DNA of 64,000 nt from positions 1 to 64,000 of IMG/VR virus record IMGVR_UViG_3300024344_003321; one strand, written 5' to 3'. Numbering within the stretch: the stretch's first letter is position 1; every line of letters begins with the position of its first letter. This DNA is from a virus. Made by a program: the position numbers and the translations under genes. Below are positions 47,623 through 56,970 of the stretch, piece after piece. The notes under the pieces were generated by a model. That model was not told the origin of the DNA. It saw only the letters and a program-made list of their open reading frames with translations, and did no database searches.

Positions 47623-48455
47623 TGAAAGATATGTTCGCATATGATGCGGTAGTATATAAAATGAGGCAGTATTTTAGAGAAGCAAAAGGATTTGTCGAAG
47701 TACCGGCACAATCCCGACAGTCAATATTAGCAGCGTGTGAGGACCCAAAAACAATCAGCCAGTATGTTTTTAGTGGAACGAATTGGCCACTACCACAAAC
47801 AGGACAAATGTGGTTGGAACACGAGCTGTTGAAAAACCCAACGATAAAGGGTGTATTTTGTGTAACTACATCATACAGAAATGAGCCAAATCCAATACCA
47901 GGGAGACACGATAAAATATTTCCAATGTTTGAATTTGAATCACATGGTAATATGGATGATTTGATAACCATTGAAGAAGAATTATTATCATTTTTAGGGT
48001 TTGGTAGTGTGTTAGATTTCAGCACTGTAAAATATGAAGATGCTTCTACAAAATATGGTGTATCTGAATTAGATGTTGATGAAGAAGAAAAACTATGTAA
48101 GGATTTCAGTACTTGTACATTCTTAACAGACTTTCCTCAAAGAACACATCCATTTTGGAATATGAAACAAAATGAAGTGGATAAAAATCTATTTAATAAA
48201 GTAGATGTCATAATGCATGGAATGGAAACAATAGGAAGTGCTGAACGGAGTACAAATGTTGAAGAAATGCGACATCAATTTCATACAATTTCAGATGGTG
48301 AATATGCGGGATTGTTATTTAATCATTTTGGAAAAGAACGAGTTGAAGCTGAATTAGAGGAATATTTATCCCATGATATGTTTCCAAGATTTGGAGCAGG
48401 AATTGGCGTTACTCGTATGGTACGGGCAATGGAATTATCAGGATTATTAAATTAA
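47622..48455 (+). CDS. Class IIb aminoacyl-tRNA synthetase-like catalytic domain (Asp/AsnRS paralog lacking the anticodon-binding domain)
   Basis: Motif 1 MRQYFREAKGFVEVP, PQTGQMWLE, motif 2 YRNEPNPIPGRH..IFPMFEFE, ETIGSAER, motif 3 GAGIGVTRM; 277 aa starting at motif 1. Confidence 0.85.
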   Translation: MKDMFAYDAVVYKMRQYFREAKGFVEVPAQSRQSILAACEDPKTISQYVFSGTNWPLPQTGQMWLEHELLKNPTIKGVFCVTTSYRNEPNPIPGRHDKIFPMFEFESHGNMDDLITIEEELLSFLGFGSVLDFSTVKYEDASTKYGVSELDVDEEEKLCKDFSTCTFLTDFPQRTHPFWNMKQNEVDKNLFNKVDVIMHGMETIGSAERSTNVEEMRHQFHTISDGEYAGLLFNHFGKERVEAELEEYLSHDMFPRFGAGIGVTRMVRAMELSGLLN

Positions 48456-48474
48456 ACAATAGGAGAATAAGGTT

Positions 48475-48684
48475 ATGGCACATTATTACGAAGCAAATGT
48501 AGTATTTGAGGAAACGGTTGATACAAAAAATGGACCGAAAACTAAAAAGACAAAAGAAAACTATTTGGTAGAAGGTGATTCAGTTACTTATGTTGAAGCA
48601 AAAGTAAATGAACATCTACAAGATAGTGTTCACCCATTTGAAGTAAAATCAGTTAGAGAATCTAAAATAGTAGAAGTTGTTTGA
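48475..48684 (+). CDS. DUF4494-like small protein
   Basis: YYEANV, KKTKENYLVEGDSVTYVEAKV, FEVKSVRESKIVEV. Confidence 0.55.
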   Translation: MAHYYEANVVFEETVDTKNGPKTKKTKENYLVEGDSVTYVEAKVNEHLQDSVHPFEVKSVRESKIVEVV

Positions 48685-49049
48685 AATTCCTAACACGAAA
48701 ACTCGTTACACCAGCAGACTTAAACCCTCGTGGAACTTTACATGGGGGTATTCTGCTGAAATGGATTGACGAAGAAGCAGGTGTACACGCAGCATTAGAA
48801 CTCAATACAGGTTTATTAGTCACTAAATATATGTCAGAGATAGAATTTGTATCTCCAGTGTTACCAGGCGATATAGTTGAAATTGGAATGGAAACTTTAA
48901 AGGTTGGGACAACATCAATTACATTAAAATGCGATGTTAGGTCTAAACAAATGGATGCTGTTATATTACGAATTGAAAAGATTATATTTGTCAGAGTGAA
49001 TAAATATGGTCAACCAAAAGCACACGGTGCGAGTTGGGATGAAGATTAA
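48681..49049 (+). CDS. Hotdog-fold acyl-CoA thioesterase
   Basis: DLNPRGTLHGGILLKWIDEEA, VGTTSI, FVRVN..GQP. Confidence 0.85.
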   Translation: MKFLTRKLVTPADLNPRGTLHGGILLKWIDEEAGVHAALELNTGLLVTKYMSEIEFVSPVLPGDIVEIGMETLKVGTTSITLKCDVRSKQMDAVILRIEKIIFVRVNKYGQPKAHGASWDED

Positions 49050-49051
49050 AT

Positions 49052-49135
49052 TGGAGTATGGTGGAATTGGCAGACACGCTATCCTGTTTAGATGGTGATA
49101 TTTATATCGTGGGGGTTCGATTCCTTCTGCTCCAG
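49052..49135 (+). tRNA. Atypical tRNA, anticodon GUU (Asn), with a type II long variable arm
   Basis: Acceptor TGGAGTA/TGCTCCA plus G73; D-arm GTG-GAATTGGCAGA-CAC; anticodon stem CTATC/GATGG with loop CTGTTTA; 15-nt variable arm TGATATTTATATCGT; T-arm GGGGG-TTCGATT-CCTTC; CCA not encoded. Confidence 0.8.
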
Positions 49136-49161
49136 CAAAAATAAAAAAAAGAGGTTATAGT

Positions 49162-50022
49162 ATGAGTAGAATATCATATTCACAATTATCATTATATACT
49201 AATTGCCCTAAGCAATGGCAATTAAGGTATATAGACAAAATAACAGAATCCGAATCAAATATATATTTAGTATTCGGTACTGCAATGCATGAAACATTAC
49301 AACATTATCTTGATGTGATGTACAAACATACAGTCAAAAAGGCCGATGAAATAAACTTACCAAAATTCTTACAAAAGGCTTTAATAACAGAATTTAAAAA
49401 AGCTGAAGAAGCTGATGGCAAACTACCTTGCACGAAGGAAGAACTATATGAGTTTTTTCAAGATGGTTGTGATATACTTGATTTTTTCAAAAAACGGCGA
49501 AGTGAGTATTTTAGTAAAAACGGGTGGGAGTTAGTTGGTATAGAAAAACCAATAAATGTCGAGCTAAAAGGGAAATTGAGAATAGTTGGTTTTCTTGATG
49601 TGGTGATGTATGATAAAATAGCTAATAGAATAAAGATAATTGATATTAAAACATCTACAATGGGTTGGAACAAGTGGCAGAAAAAAGATGAGAACAAAAC
49701 AGCACAATTATTATTATATAAACAATTTTATGCCAAACAATACGGATTTCCGATAGAAAATATAGATGTTGAATATTTTATAGTAAAACGGAAATTATAT
49801 GAAAATGCACAATTTCCGCAAAAAAGAGTTCAAAAGTTTTCACCTGCAAGTGGGACGGTATCAATGAATAAAGTTGCTAAAAAAATGAAAATTTTTATGG
49901 ATGATGCATTTGATGATGATGGTCAGCATATAATAAAAGAATATCAAACTAACCCATCTAAAAAGGCGTGTAGGTGGTGTGAATTTAATAAAACAGAACA
50001 TTGTTCGGATGGTGTAAAATGA
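49162..50022 (+). CDS. PD-(D/E)XK RecB/Cas4-like exonuclease
   Basis: ISYSQL...CP, FGTAMHE, GFLDVV...IIDIKT, QLLLY, CRWCEF....C. Confidence 0.85.
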   Translation: MSRISYSQLSLYTNCPKQWQLRYIDKITESESNIYLVFGTAMHETLQHYLDVMYKHTVKKADEINLPKFLQKALITEFKKAEEADGKLPCTKEELYEFFQDGCDILDFFKKRRSEYFSKNGWELVGIEKPINVELKGKLRIVGFLDVVMYDKIANRIKIIDIKTSTMGWNKWQKKDENKTAQLLLYKQFYAKQYGFPIENIDVEYFIVKRKLYENAQFPQKRVQKFSPASGTVSMNKVAKKMKIFMDDAFDDDGQHIIKEYQTNPSKKACRWCEFNKTEHCSDGVK

Positions 50023-50933
50023 AATGTTTAGTAACAGGTGGTGCAGGATTCATAGGAAGTAATCTTGTAGATAGACTAATTAAAGACAATCATGAAGTAA
50101 TAATAATAGATGATTTGTCAACTGGTAAAGAAAAAAATATAAACCCAAAAGCTGAGTTTATGAAGGTTGATATATCAGATAATGATGATATGTTGAGTGG
50201 AGCACTTAAAGGTGTTGATGTTGTATTTCATTTAGCAGCCAAGGCTCGTGTTCAACCATCAATTGAAAATCCAATTGAATTTCATAATACAAATGTTAAT
50301 GGAACACTTAATTTATTAAAGGCGTGTGTAGATAACAATGTCAAACGATTTGTATTTAGTTCATCATCATCTGTTTATGGTGATGTTGAAAAGTTACCAA
50401 CACCTGAATATCATCCACTTGACCCAATAAGTCCATACGCATTACAGAAATTAATTGGCGAACAATATTGTAAATTATTTTCAGAACTATATGATATAGA
50501 AACTGTATGTTTAAGATATTTCAATGTGTATGGTGATGGTATGGATTTGACTAGCACATATAAATTAGTTATACCAATATTTACAGAACAGATACAAAAT
50601 GGCAAACCAATGACTATTAGAGGTGACGGTGAACAAAGACGAGATTTTACACATATCGATGATGTAGTTGAAGCAAATATATTAGCAGGCTTTAATTCAA
50701 AGATACCTATTTTCAAATGTAAAGGTGATACTTTTAATATTGGGAATGGTGATAATAGGTCAGTCAATCAAATTGCAGATTTACTTGGTGATAATAAAAT
50801 CAATGTTGAACCTGTAATTGAACCAATAGAAACATTGGCTGATAATAGTAAAGCGTTTATGGTGTTGGGTTGGAAACCAAAATTAATGATAAACGATTGG
50901 ATACAGAAATGGAAGAAGGAGATGGGTATATGA
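50019..50933 (+). CDS. NAD-dependent nucleotide-sugar epimerase/dehydratase
   Basis: VTGGAGFIGSNL, HLAA, SSSSVYG, PYALQK, LRYFNVYG, RDFTHIDD. Confidence 0.92.
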   Translation: MKCLVTGGAGFIGSNLVDRLIKDNHEVIIIDDLSTGKEKNINPKAEFMKVDISDNDDMLSGALKGVDVVFHLAAKARVQPSIENPIEFHNTNVNGTLNLLKACVDNNVKRFVFSSSSSVYGDVEKLPTPEYHPLDPISPYALQKLIGEQYCKLFSELYDIETVCLRYFNVYGDGMDLTSTYKLVIPIFTEQIQNGKPMTIRGDGEQRRDFTHIDDVVEANILAGFNSKIPIFKCKGDTFNIGNGDNRSVNQIADLLGDNKINVEPVIEPIETLADNSKAFMVLGWKPKLMINDWIQKWKKEMGI

Positions 50934-51331
50934 AAATTGGTATAGTTGGTAGTCGAATATATGAGAATAAAAAAAAGATAAAAGATTTTATATTTAAATT
51001 AAAACAAGAAAAGGGTGAGAATGTAATAATCGTAAGTGGTGGTTGTCCAGATGGTGCCGATAGGTATGCTAAGAAATACGCATTGGAATTTGGATTGCAG
51101 TATGAAGAATATCCACCATTTCATGCACAGCATAATTTATATTGTGCATTACCTGAAACTTGTTATGGAAAGCAATATAGTGTTAGATATTTCTTTGCGA
51201 GGAATAAATTAATTGCTAAGAACAGTGATTATATAGTTGGTTTTATCCCAGAGGGTCATACTTCAAATGGTACAAATTCTACATTGAAGTATGCTCAGAA
51301 ATTTGGAAAAAAAACTTTAATAATTGATTAA
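50930..51331 (+). CDS. SLOG-family (DprA/YspA-like) protein
   Basis: IGIVGSR, IVSGGCPDGAD, FARNKLIA, SNGT. Confidence 0.75.
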   Translation: MKIGIVGSRIYENKKKIKDFIFKLKQEKGENVIIVSGGCPDGADRYAKKYALEFGLQYEEYPPFHAQHNLYCALPETCYGKQYSVRYFFARNKLIAKNSDYIVGFIPEGHTSNGTNSTLKYAQKFGKKTLIID

Positions 51332-51395
51332 AAAATCGTTGTTTAGTGTGCTTGTGTTATATATATATACATATATACTAAATTAGGAGTAGGTT

Positions 51396-51590
51396 ATGGA
51401 TAAAATGAAACTCACCTCAGTTAAGATTTTAAAATCGTTATATGATAAATTTAAACTTAAAACGGTTAATAGTAAAATGACATTACAAAAAATTACAAAT
51501 AGGTCTTTATATATGTATCTCAATGATGCTAAATTTAATGATGATGTAAATACAATGGATAAGTTAATAGTAAGTGGTAGTAATCTATAA
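51396..51590 (+). CDS. Small hypothetical protein (possible ribbon-helix-helix DNA binder)
   Basis: LTSVKI...LYDKFK......MTLQKITNRSLYMY. Confidence 0.45.
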   Translation: MDKMKLTSVKILKSLYDKFKLKTVNSKMTLQKITNRSLYMYLNDAKFNDDVNTMDKLIVSGSNL

Positions 51591-52982
51591 ATGGGAAAAC
51601 AGATGAATAAAAAGAAAAAAATACTATTTTTATCGGATGATATGCGAATGTTTAGTGGTGTTGCAGTCGTAAGTAAAGAATTGATTTTAGGGACAGTAGA
51701 TACATTTGATTGGGTTCAAGTTGGGGCTGCAATAAAACATCCGGAAGAAAATAAAAAAATAGATATGTCGGATGTCATACGGGATATAACAGGTGTTCGA
51801 GATGCATCAGTAATGATTTATCCAACAAGTGGTTATGGTAACCCAAATATGTTGCGTGAATTAATAAAAATAGAACAACCTGATGCTATTTTACACTTTA
51901 CAGACCCTAGGTTTTGGATATGGTTATATGAAATGGAACATGAAGTTAGAACCAACATTCCTATATTTTATTATAATATATGGGACGATTTGCCAGACCC
52001 ACATTATAATAGAGATTATTACAGGAGTTCTGATTTATTGATGTCAATATCAAAACAAACTTATGGTATTAATAAGCGAGTATTATCTGAGTATGGTTAT
52101 AAAGATTGGCAACTTAAATATGTACCACATGGTATCGACCATAAAAAATTTAATATAGTTGATAAAAATGACACAAAATTTAAAAAATTCCAAAATAAAT
52201 TTGGGATAGATAAATACAAGTTTAAAGTATTATACTTGAATAGAAATATAAGACGAAAAAATCCAGGTGATGTGATTTTAGCGTATAAACACTTTATCGA
52301 TTCATTACCAAAGGAAAAACGGGATGAATGTGTTTTAATGTTTCACACTAACCCCGTTGATGACAATGGGACTGATTTAAAGGCAGTGCATACGGCATTA
52401 GCTAAGGACTGTAATGTTATTTTTACTATGGATTATGACGGTACGGCATTCGATGACCAACAGATGAATTTTATATATAACTCGGCTGATGTGTATATAA
52501 ATTTAGCATCAAATGAAGGGTTTGGATTAGGTTCGGCCGAATCATTGATGACAGGAACACCAATTGTTGTAAATGTTACAGGTGGGTTACAAGACCAATG
52601 TGGGTTCAAGGATGATAGTGGAAATTATCTTACAGAAGATGATTATATATCATTGGGTTCAAATCATAGAGGCCAATATAAAGAACACGGTGAATGGGTA
52701 AAACCTGTGTTTCCAAGTAATATAAGTTTACAAGGGTCACCACTAACACCTTACATATTTGACGATAGAGCAAGTTATGAAGATGCTGGTGATGCATTGA
52801 AATACTGGTACGATGTTGGGTCAGATAAACGAGGTCAATATGGTAAGTTGGGCCGTGAATATGTGTTGGATAATAGAATAGGTATGTCTGCAGAAAATAT
52901 GTGTGGTAGGTTAGTTGAATCGATAGAGCATTTATTTGAAAATTGGGTACCAAAAGATAAATTTATTTTGGAGGTTGTATGA
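51591..52982 (+). CDS. GT4-like glycosyltransferase
   Basis: SDDMRMFSGV, YVPHGID, NRNIRRK, NEGFGLGSAES...GTPIVVNVTGGL. Confidence 0.85.
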   Translation: MGKQMNKKKKILFLSDDMRMFSGVAVVSKELILGTVDTFDWVQVGAAIKHPEENKKIDMSDVIRDITGVRDASVMIYPTSGYGNPNMLRELIKIEQPDAILHFTDPRFWIWLYEMEHEVRTNIPIFYYNIWDDLPDPHYNRDYYRSSDLLMSISKQTYGINKRVLSEYGYKDWQLKYVPHGIDHKKFNIVDKNDTKFKKFQNKFGIDKYKFKVLYLNRNIRRKNPGDVILAYKHFIDSLPKEKRDECVLMFHTNPVDDNGTDLKAVHTALAKDCNVIFTMDYDGTAFDDQQMNFIYNSADVYINLASNEGFGLGSAESLMTGTPIVVNVTGGLQDQCGFKDDSGNYLTEDDYISLGSNHRGQYKEHGEWVKPVFPSNISLQGSPLTPYIFDDRASYEDAGDALKYWYDVGSDKRGQYGKLGREYVLDNRIGMSAENMCGRLVESIEHLFENWVPKDKFILEVV

Positions 52983-54334
52983 TAAAAAAACAATTACTTT
53001 TATGTGCTCCAGTATCAACTAGGAGTGGTTATGGTAGTCATTCACGCGATGTATTTCATGCATTACATTTAGTGGATAAATATGATATTAAAATATTAGA
53101 TGTACCGTGGGGCGACTGTCCACGCAATGCACTCGATGTTAACAATGAGAATGACAAATTGGTAATTGACAATATTATGGTAGAACCTGTTTTAAAAAGT
53201 CAACCAGATATTTATATTGATTTAAGAATACCAAATGAATTTCAAACTTATGGTAAGATAAATATCGGGTTTACTGCTGGGATAGAAACAAACGCAGTAT
53301 CAGTTAAATGGATTGATGGGTGCAATAAAATGGATTTGAATATTGTACCATCTGAGCATTCAAGGAGGTCATTTATGGATACTAAATTTGATAAAATGGA
53401 AGAACATCAAGGTCAAGGTAGTGTAAAAGTAGGTGAAATATCATTGGAAAAACCAATGGAAGTTGTATTTGAAGGTGTACATGATGACATATATAAAAAA
53501 ATTAATGTAAGTGACATTGATAAAAATATTTTAGATAAAATAAATAATACGGTTAAAGAAGATTTTGCATTTTTATTCGTAGGGCAATGGGTCAAAGGTA
53601 ATTATGGTGAGGATAGAAAGGATATTTTTAAATTGATTAAATTATTCCTTGAGTCGTTTGCTAATAAAAAGAAACGGCCTGCACTTGTATTAAAAACAAG
53701 TGGAGCTTCATTTTCAATAATGGATTATGAACGGACCATTGAAAATATAAAAAGCGTGAAATCGAAGTTTCCAAATGATTGGGAATTACCAAATATCTAT
53801 TTGATGCATGGTGAATTATCAGATGTAGAAATGAATTGTTTATATAATCATCCAAAAATAAAATCGTTGGTGACATTTACCCATGGTGAGGGTTTTGGGA
53901 GGCCACTACTCGAAGCTTCGATGGTAGGGTTGCCAGTCATAGCTTCAGGTTGGAGTGGTCAAATGGATTTTTTAGATAGCGATAGGTCATTGTTATTGCA
54001 AGGGAAATTAGAACAGATACCGAAGTCTGCTAGATGGAAGGATATATTGATAGATGAGAGTAAATGGTTTGTGATTGATGAAAATCATGCATATGATGCG
54101 TTAATAGATATGCATCAAAATTACTTTGAATATAAGCGAAAAGCTGATGCTTTAATGAATATAAATAGAGAAAAATATACATTGAAAAAAATGTCTATAT
54201 TACTTGATTCAATTATAACTAAAGCAACAGAGGGTGTTCCATCTGAAACAAAGTTAAAATTGCCTAAATTGAAAAAATTAAAAACAAATAACGATGAGAA
54301 ATCATTGAAATTACCTAAATTAAAGAGAGTGTAA
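52979..54334 (+). CDS. GT4-like glycosyltransferase
   Basis: TRSGYG.HSRD, FLFVGQW, RKD, GEGFGRPLLEA...LPVIASGWSGQMDF. Confidence 0.85.
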   Translation: MIKKQLLLCAPVSTRSGYGSHSRDVFHALHLVDKYDIKILDVPWGDCPRNALDVNNENDKLVIDNIMVEPVLKSQPDIYIDLRIPNEFQTYGKINIGFTAGIETNAVSVKWIDGCNKMDLNIVPSEHSRRSFMDTKFDKMEEHQGQGSVKVGEISLEKPMEVVFEGVHDDIYKKINVSDIDKNILDKINNTVKEDFAFLFVGQWVKGNYGEDRKDIFKLIKLFLESFANKKKRPALVLKTSGASFSIMDYERTIENIKSVKSKFPNDWELPNIYLMHGELSDVEMNCLYNHPKIKSLVTFTHGEGFGRPLLEASMVGLPVIASGWSGQMDFLDSDRSLLLQGKLEQIPKSARWKDILIDESKWFVIDENHAYDALIDMHQNYFEYKRKADALMNINREKYTLKKMSILLDSIITKATEGVPSETKLKLPKLKKLKTNNDEKSLKLPKLKRV

Positions 54335-54336
54335 GT

Positions 54337-54795
54337 ATGGAAATAAAAATAGATTGTACATTATGTAAAAGTAAACGGAGTATATTTTTACTACCAGAGG
54401 ATAAATTAAAGACAATGCAATGTCTAAGTTGTGGGTATGCAAGTTCCGATAGATACTTAGGTGAGCAGGCAGAAAATGAAGTTTATAATTCATTGACATC
54501 TGAAATGAAGAAGATGGCTATATTTGAATCCAATCGAACTTGGGTACCATCTTTATTAACTTTGCCTGGAGGTGTATTGGCTCCAATCTATGTTGAGGAT
54601 GTATTGTTCTGGTCAGTTGTTCCAGCAGTAGATATTCCTGAAGATGAACAAAAAAATTACCCTGATGGAAATGGTGGTTATTATGAACGAAAATATGATA
54701 ATAACAATACACAATTATTTAATAAATTCGCTGAAGCATTAAAGGAAGTTACTACCAATACAGCTTCTGAACCAAAATTAAATTTACCCGATTAA
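54337..54795 (+). CDS. Hypothetical protein with N-terminal Zn finger
   Basis: CTLC...CLSCGY. Confidence 0.55.
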   Translation: MEIKIDCTLCKSKRSIFLLPEDKLKTMQCLSCGYASSDRYLGEQAENEVYNSLTSEMKKMAIFESNRTWVPSLLTLPGGVLAPIYVEDVLFWSVVPAVDIPEDEQKNYPDGNGGYYERKYDNNNTQLFNKFAEALKEVTTNTASEPKLNLPD

Positions 54796-54800
54796 TACTG

Positions 54801-55397
54801 ATGGCAAATAAAAAATTAAATCATAATCGTAGGATATTGGGTAGAGAAGGTATTGCTAAATATGATTTAGTCCCAGGTATGATTATAAATTTTAATTATT
54901 CTAAACCAAATGTGCAAGATAAAAATCCACTCGTATTATTGTTGGGTGTGGATAATACAACTAATTCAATACATTGCATTAATTTTAATTATTTATATGA
55001 GGCCGATGTCCAACATTTATTTGATGCAATAAGTAAGCGAGTTAATGTGCAGGTCAGTGATGTGAGTGGTCAAATGAAGTCCACGATTACTGATGGTGGT
55101 GTAGCTCATATAGATTATTCTAATAAAGTTGATACATATAAATTATATGAACTCGTTATAAAACCTACATTGATGATTAAACCAAGGACAAAAAATTGCT
55201 ATAGGACATATAAAATATCCAATATTCGTAATTTATCGTTAATTAATTATAGATTTGATGTTATAGAGAAAAAAGCCCGTAAAGATGCTAACCTCACTAA
55301 TTATGCATTAAAATCTGCAGAATTATTTAAAGCGTTAATTGAACAGGAAATGGAAGTGCAGACGGATAATGTTCCTCCATCATATAAGGATAAATAA
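54801..55397 (+). CDS. Hypothetical protein, possibly DNA end protector (gp2)-like
   Basis: PGMIINFNY...DKNPLVL....HCINFNYL...CYRTY resembles the gp2-like pattern. Confidence 0.4.
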   Translation: MANKKLNHNRRILGREGIAKYDLVPGMIINFNYSKPNVQDKNPLVLLLGVDNTTNSIHCINFNYLYEADVQHLFDAISKRVNVQVSDVSGQMKSTITDGGVAHIDYSNKVDTYKLYELVIKPTLMIKPRTKNCYRTYKISNIRNLSLINYRFDVIEKKARKDANLTNYALKSAELFKALIEQEMEVQTDNVPPSYKDK

Positions 55398-55399
55398 AA

Positions 55400-55918
55400 A
55401 TGAAAATATCATACGCTATATTAACACATAATGAAACACAATCCTTAATGGATTTAATTAATTTCCTTGTGGAATATAAGGATGATGAGGATGAAATTAT
55501 AATACTCGATGATTATTCGGATAATGAAGAAACGAAAAAAATATTGGACGCTACAGTTTCAGTTTATGATATTATATTTGAACAACGGCATTTATTAGGT
55601 GATTTTGCGGGTCAAAAAAATCATTTAAAAAATATGTGTTCTGGTGATTATATTTTTAATTTAGATGCTGATGAACTCCCACATAAAAAACTTATAAAAT
55701 CATTAAAACCAATATTAGAAGCAAATCCGGCAGTTGATTTATACTGGGTACCGAGAATTAATACAGTAGAGGGTATAACACAAGAACATATACTTGCATG
55801 GCATTGGAGTATAGGACATTTAGATAGTATGAAACATACTAAAGTATTAGACACAAATTCGGATGAATATAAATTATTGGAAAAATATAATTTAATTATT
55901 GAAGAAAAAGATGTTTAA
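55400..55918 (+). CDS. GT2 glycosyltransferase, N-terminal piece
   Basis: ISYAILTHNE, EIIILDD, FAGQKN, DYIFNLDADE (DxD), VPRIN; stops before the usual C-terminal region. Confidence 0.8.
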   Translation: MKISYAILTHNETQSLMDLINFLVEYKDDEDEIIILDDYSDNEETKKILDATVSVYDIIFEQRHLLGDFAGQKNHLKNMCSGDYIFNLDADELPHKKLIKSLKPILEANPAVDLYWVPRINTVEGITQEHILAWHWSIGHLDSMKHTKVLDTNSDEYKLLEKYNLIIEEKDV

Positions 55919-55961
55919 TTCTATATTTATATTAGGTACTAATTGTCAGGGAAGGATTTAT

Positions 55962-56777
55962 ATGAATAGACAATGGAAAAGAAATTGTCCAGAATGTAAT
56001 AAAGAAATTACTTATACTCAAAAATATAGTAGAGATGATGCTGAACAAAAAAACAGAAAATGTCAGAAATGTGGATGTGGTTGGTCTAAAGGATTAACCA
56101 AAGATACTTCACCTTCATTGATGGGAATGAGTAAAAAAGTTTCTAAAGCTATGGTAGAATATAGAAAAACGGCACCACCGTGGAATAAAGGATTGACTCG
56201 TGAAACTAATGAAATATTAGCTAAAATGGGTGACAATCATAAAGGATTTGTACATACTGAAAATACGAAAAAACTAATATCTAAAGCTTCTATTGAGCAT
56301 TGGAAAGATACTGAATATAGGGAAAAAGTTATAAAAAACGCTACAATAGGAATAAGAAAAGCATATGCTGAGGGTAGAGTAAAATATCCTATAAATAGAG
56401 ATACTAAACCAGAATTAGCAGTGATGGGAGTGTTGGATGATATGGAAATAAAATATATAAAACAATATCCTATTTGGTCATCTTATCCCAGAACTGAAAA
56501 GACTGTTAGATTTTACGATTTTTATTTAACAGATTATAATAAAATAATTGAAGTACATGGTGATTACTGGCACGCTAATCCAACTAAATATTTAGATAGA
56601 AATAATTTATCACAAATACAAAAAGAAACGGTTGTAAATGATGCAGACAAAGTTAAAAGAGCTATGGATGTTGGAAAGGAAGTTTTTGTTATTTGGGAAG
56701 AACATACAAAAGATAAAGAGGTGTTATATGAAAAAATTAGTTACATTTTACAAACCACTAATAAATTGGCCACATGA
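55962..56777 (+). mobile_element. Free-standing homing-type endonuclease (Zn ribbon + NUMOD-like + Vsr/DUF559-like domain) inserted in the GT2 gene
   Basis: CPEC..CQKC, repeated W(S/N)KGLT(K/R), HTENTKKLIS, TKPELAV...FYDFY...IIEVHGDYWH..D..K...IWE; TATTTATA at 55924 upstream. Confidence 0.75.
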
Positions 56778-56970
56778 TTATCAGGGTAGGATTTGGAAAA
56801 ACAGACCAAATATCAGATGGGAAAAACCAGTCCACGAAACTTTGGTTGGTTATAAAGAGTATTCACATTTACCAGCTCAAGATGAATTTGCAATATATCA
56901 CCATAAGGACATAAAACGCCAAGAACAGCAGAATGAAAAATATTATAACATTATAAATGATAAAAATTAA
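56728..56970 (+). CDS. GT2 glycosyltransferase, C-terminal piece
   Basis: INWPHDYQGRIWKN...W..PVHE...IYHHK..RQEQQN, a typical GT2 C-terminus; GAGGTG SD at 56718-56723 before ATG 56728. Confidence 0.7.
   Translation: MKKLVTFYKPLINWPHDYQGRIWKNRPNIRWEKPVHETLVGYKEYSHLPAQDEFAIYHHKDIKRQEQQNEKYYNIINDKN

Noticed and set aside
49162-50022. CRISPR-Cas system suggested by the Cas4-like nuclease
   Set aside because: No repeat-spacer array or other cas genes were seen; stand-alone RecB/Cas4-like nucleases are common in phages.
51357-51378. (TA)n run upstream of 51396 as an origin or microsatellite
   Set aside because: Short and expected in AT-rich DNA; more likely part of a promoter.
55919-56777. Group I intron interrupting the GT2 gene
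   Set aside because: Only about 43 non-coding nt and no recognisable P7 core by eye, and the downstream piece has its own SD and ATG. Not fully excluded without an Infernal search.
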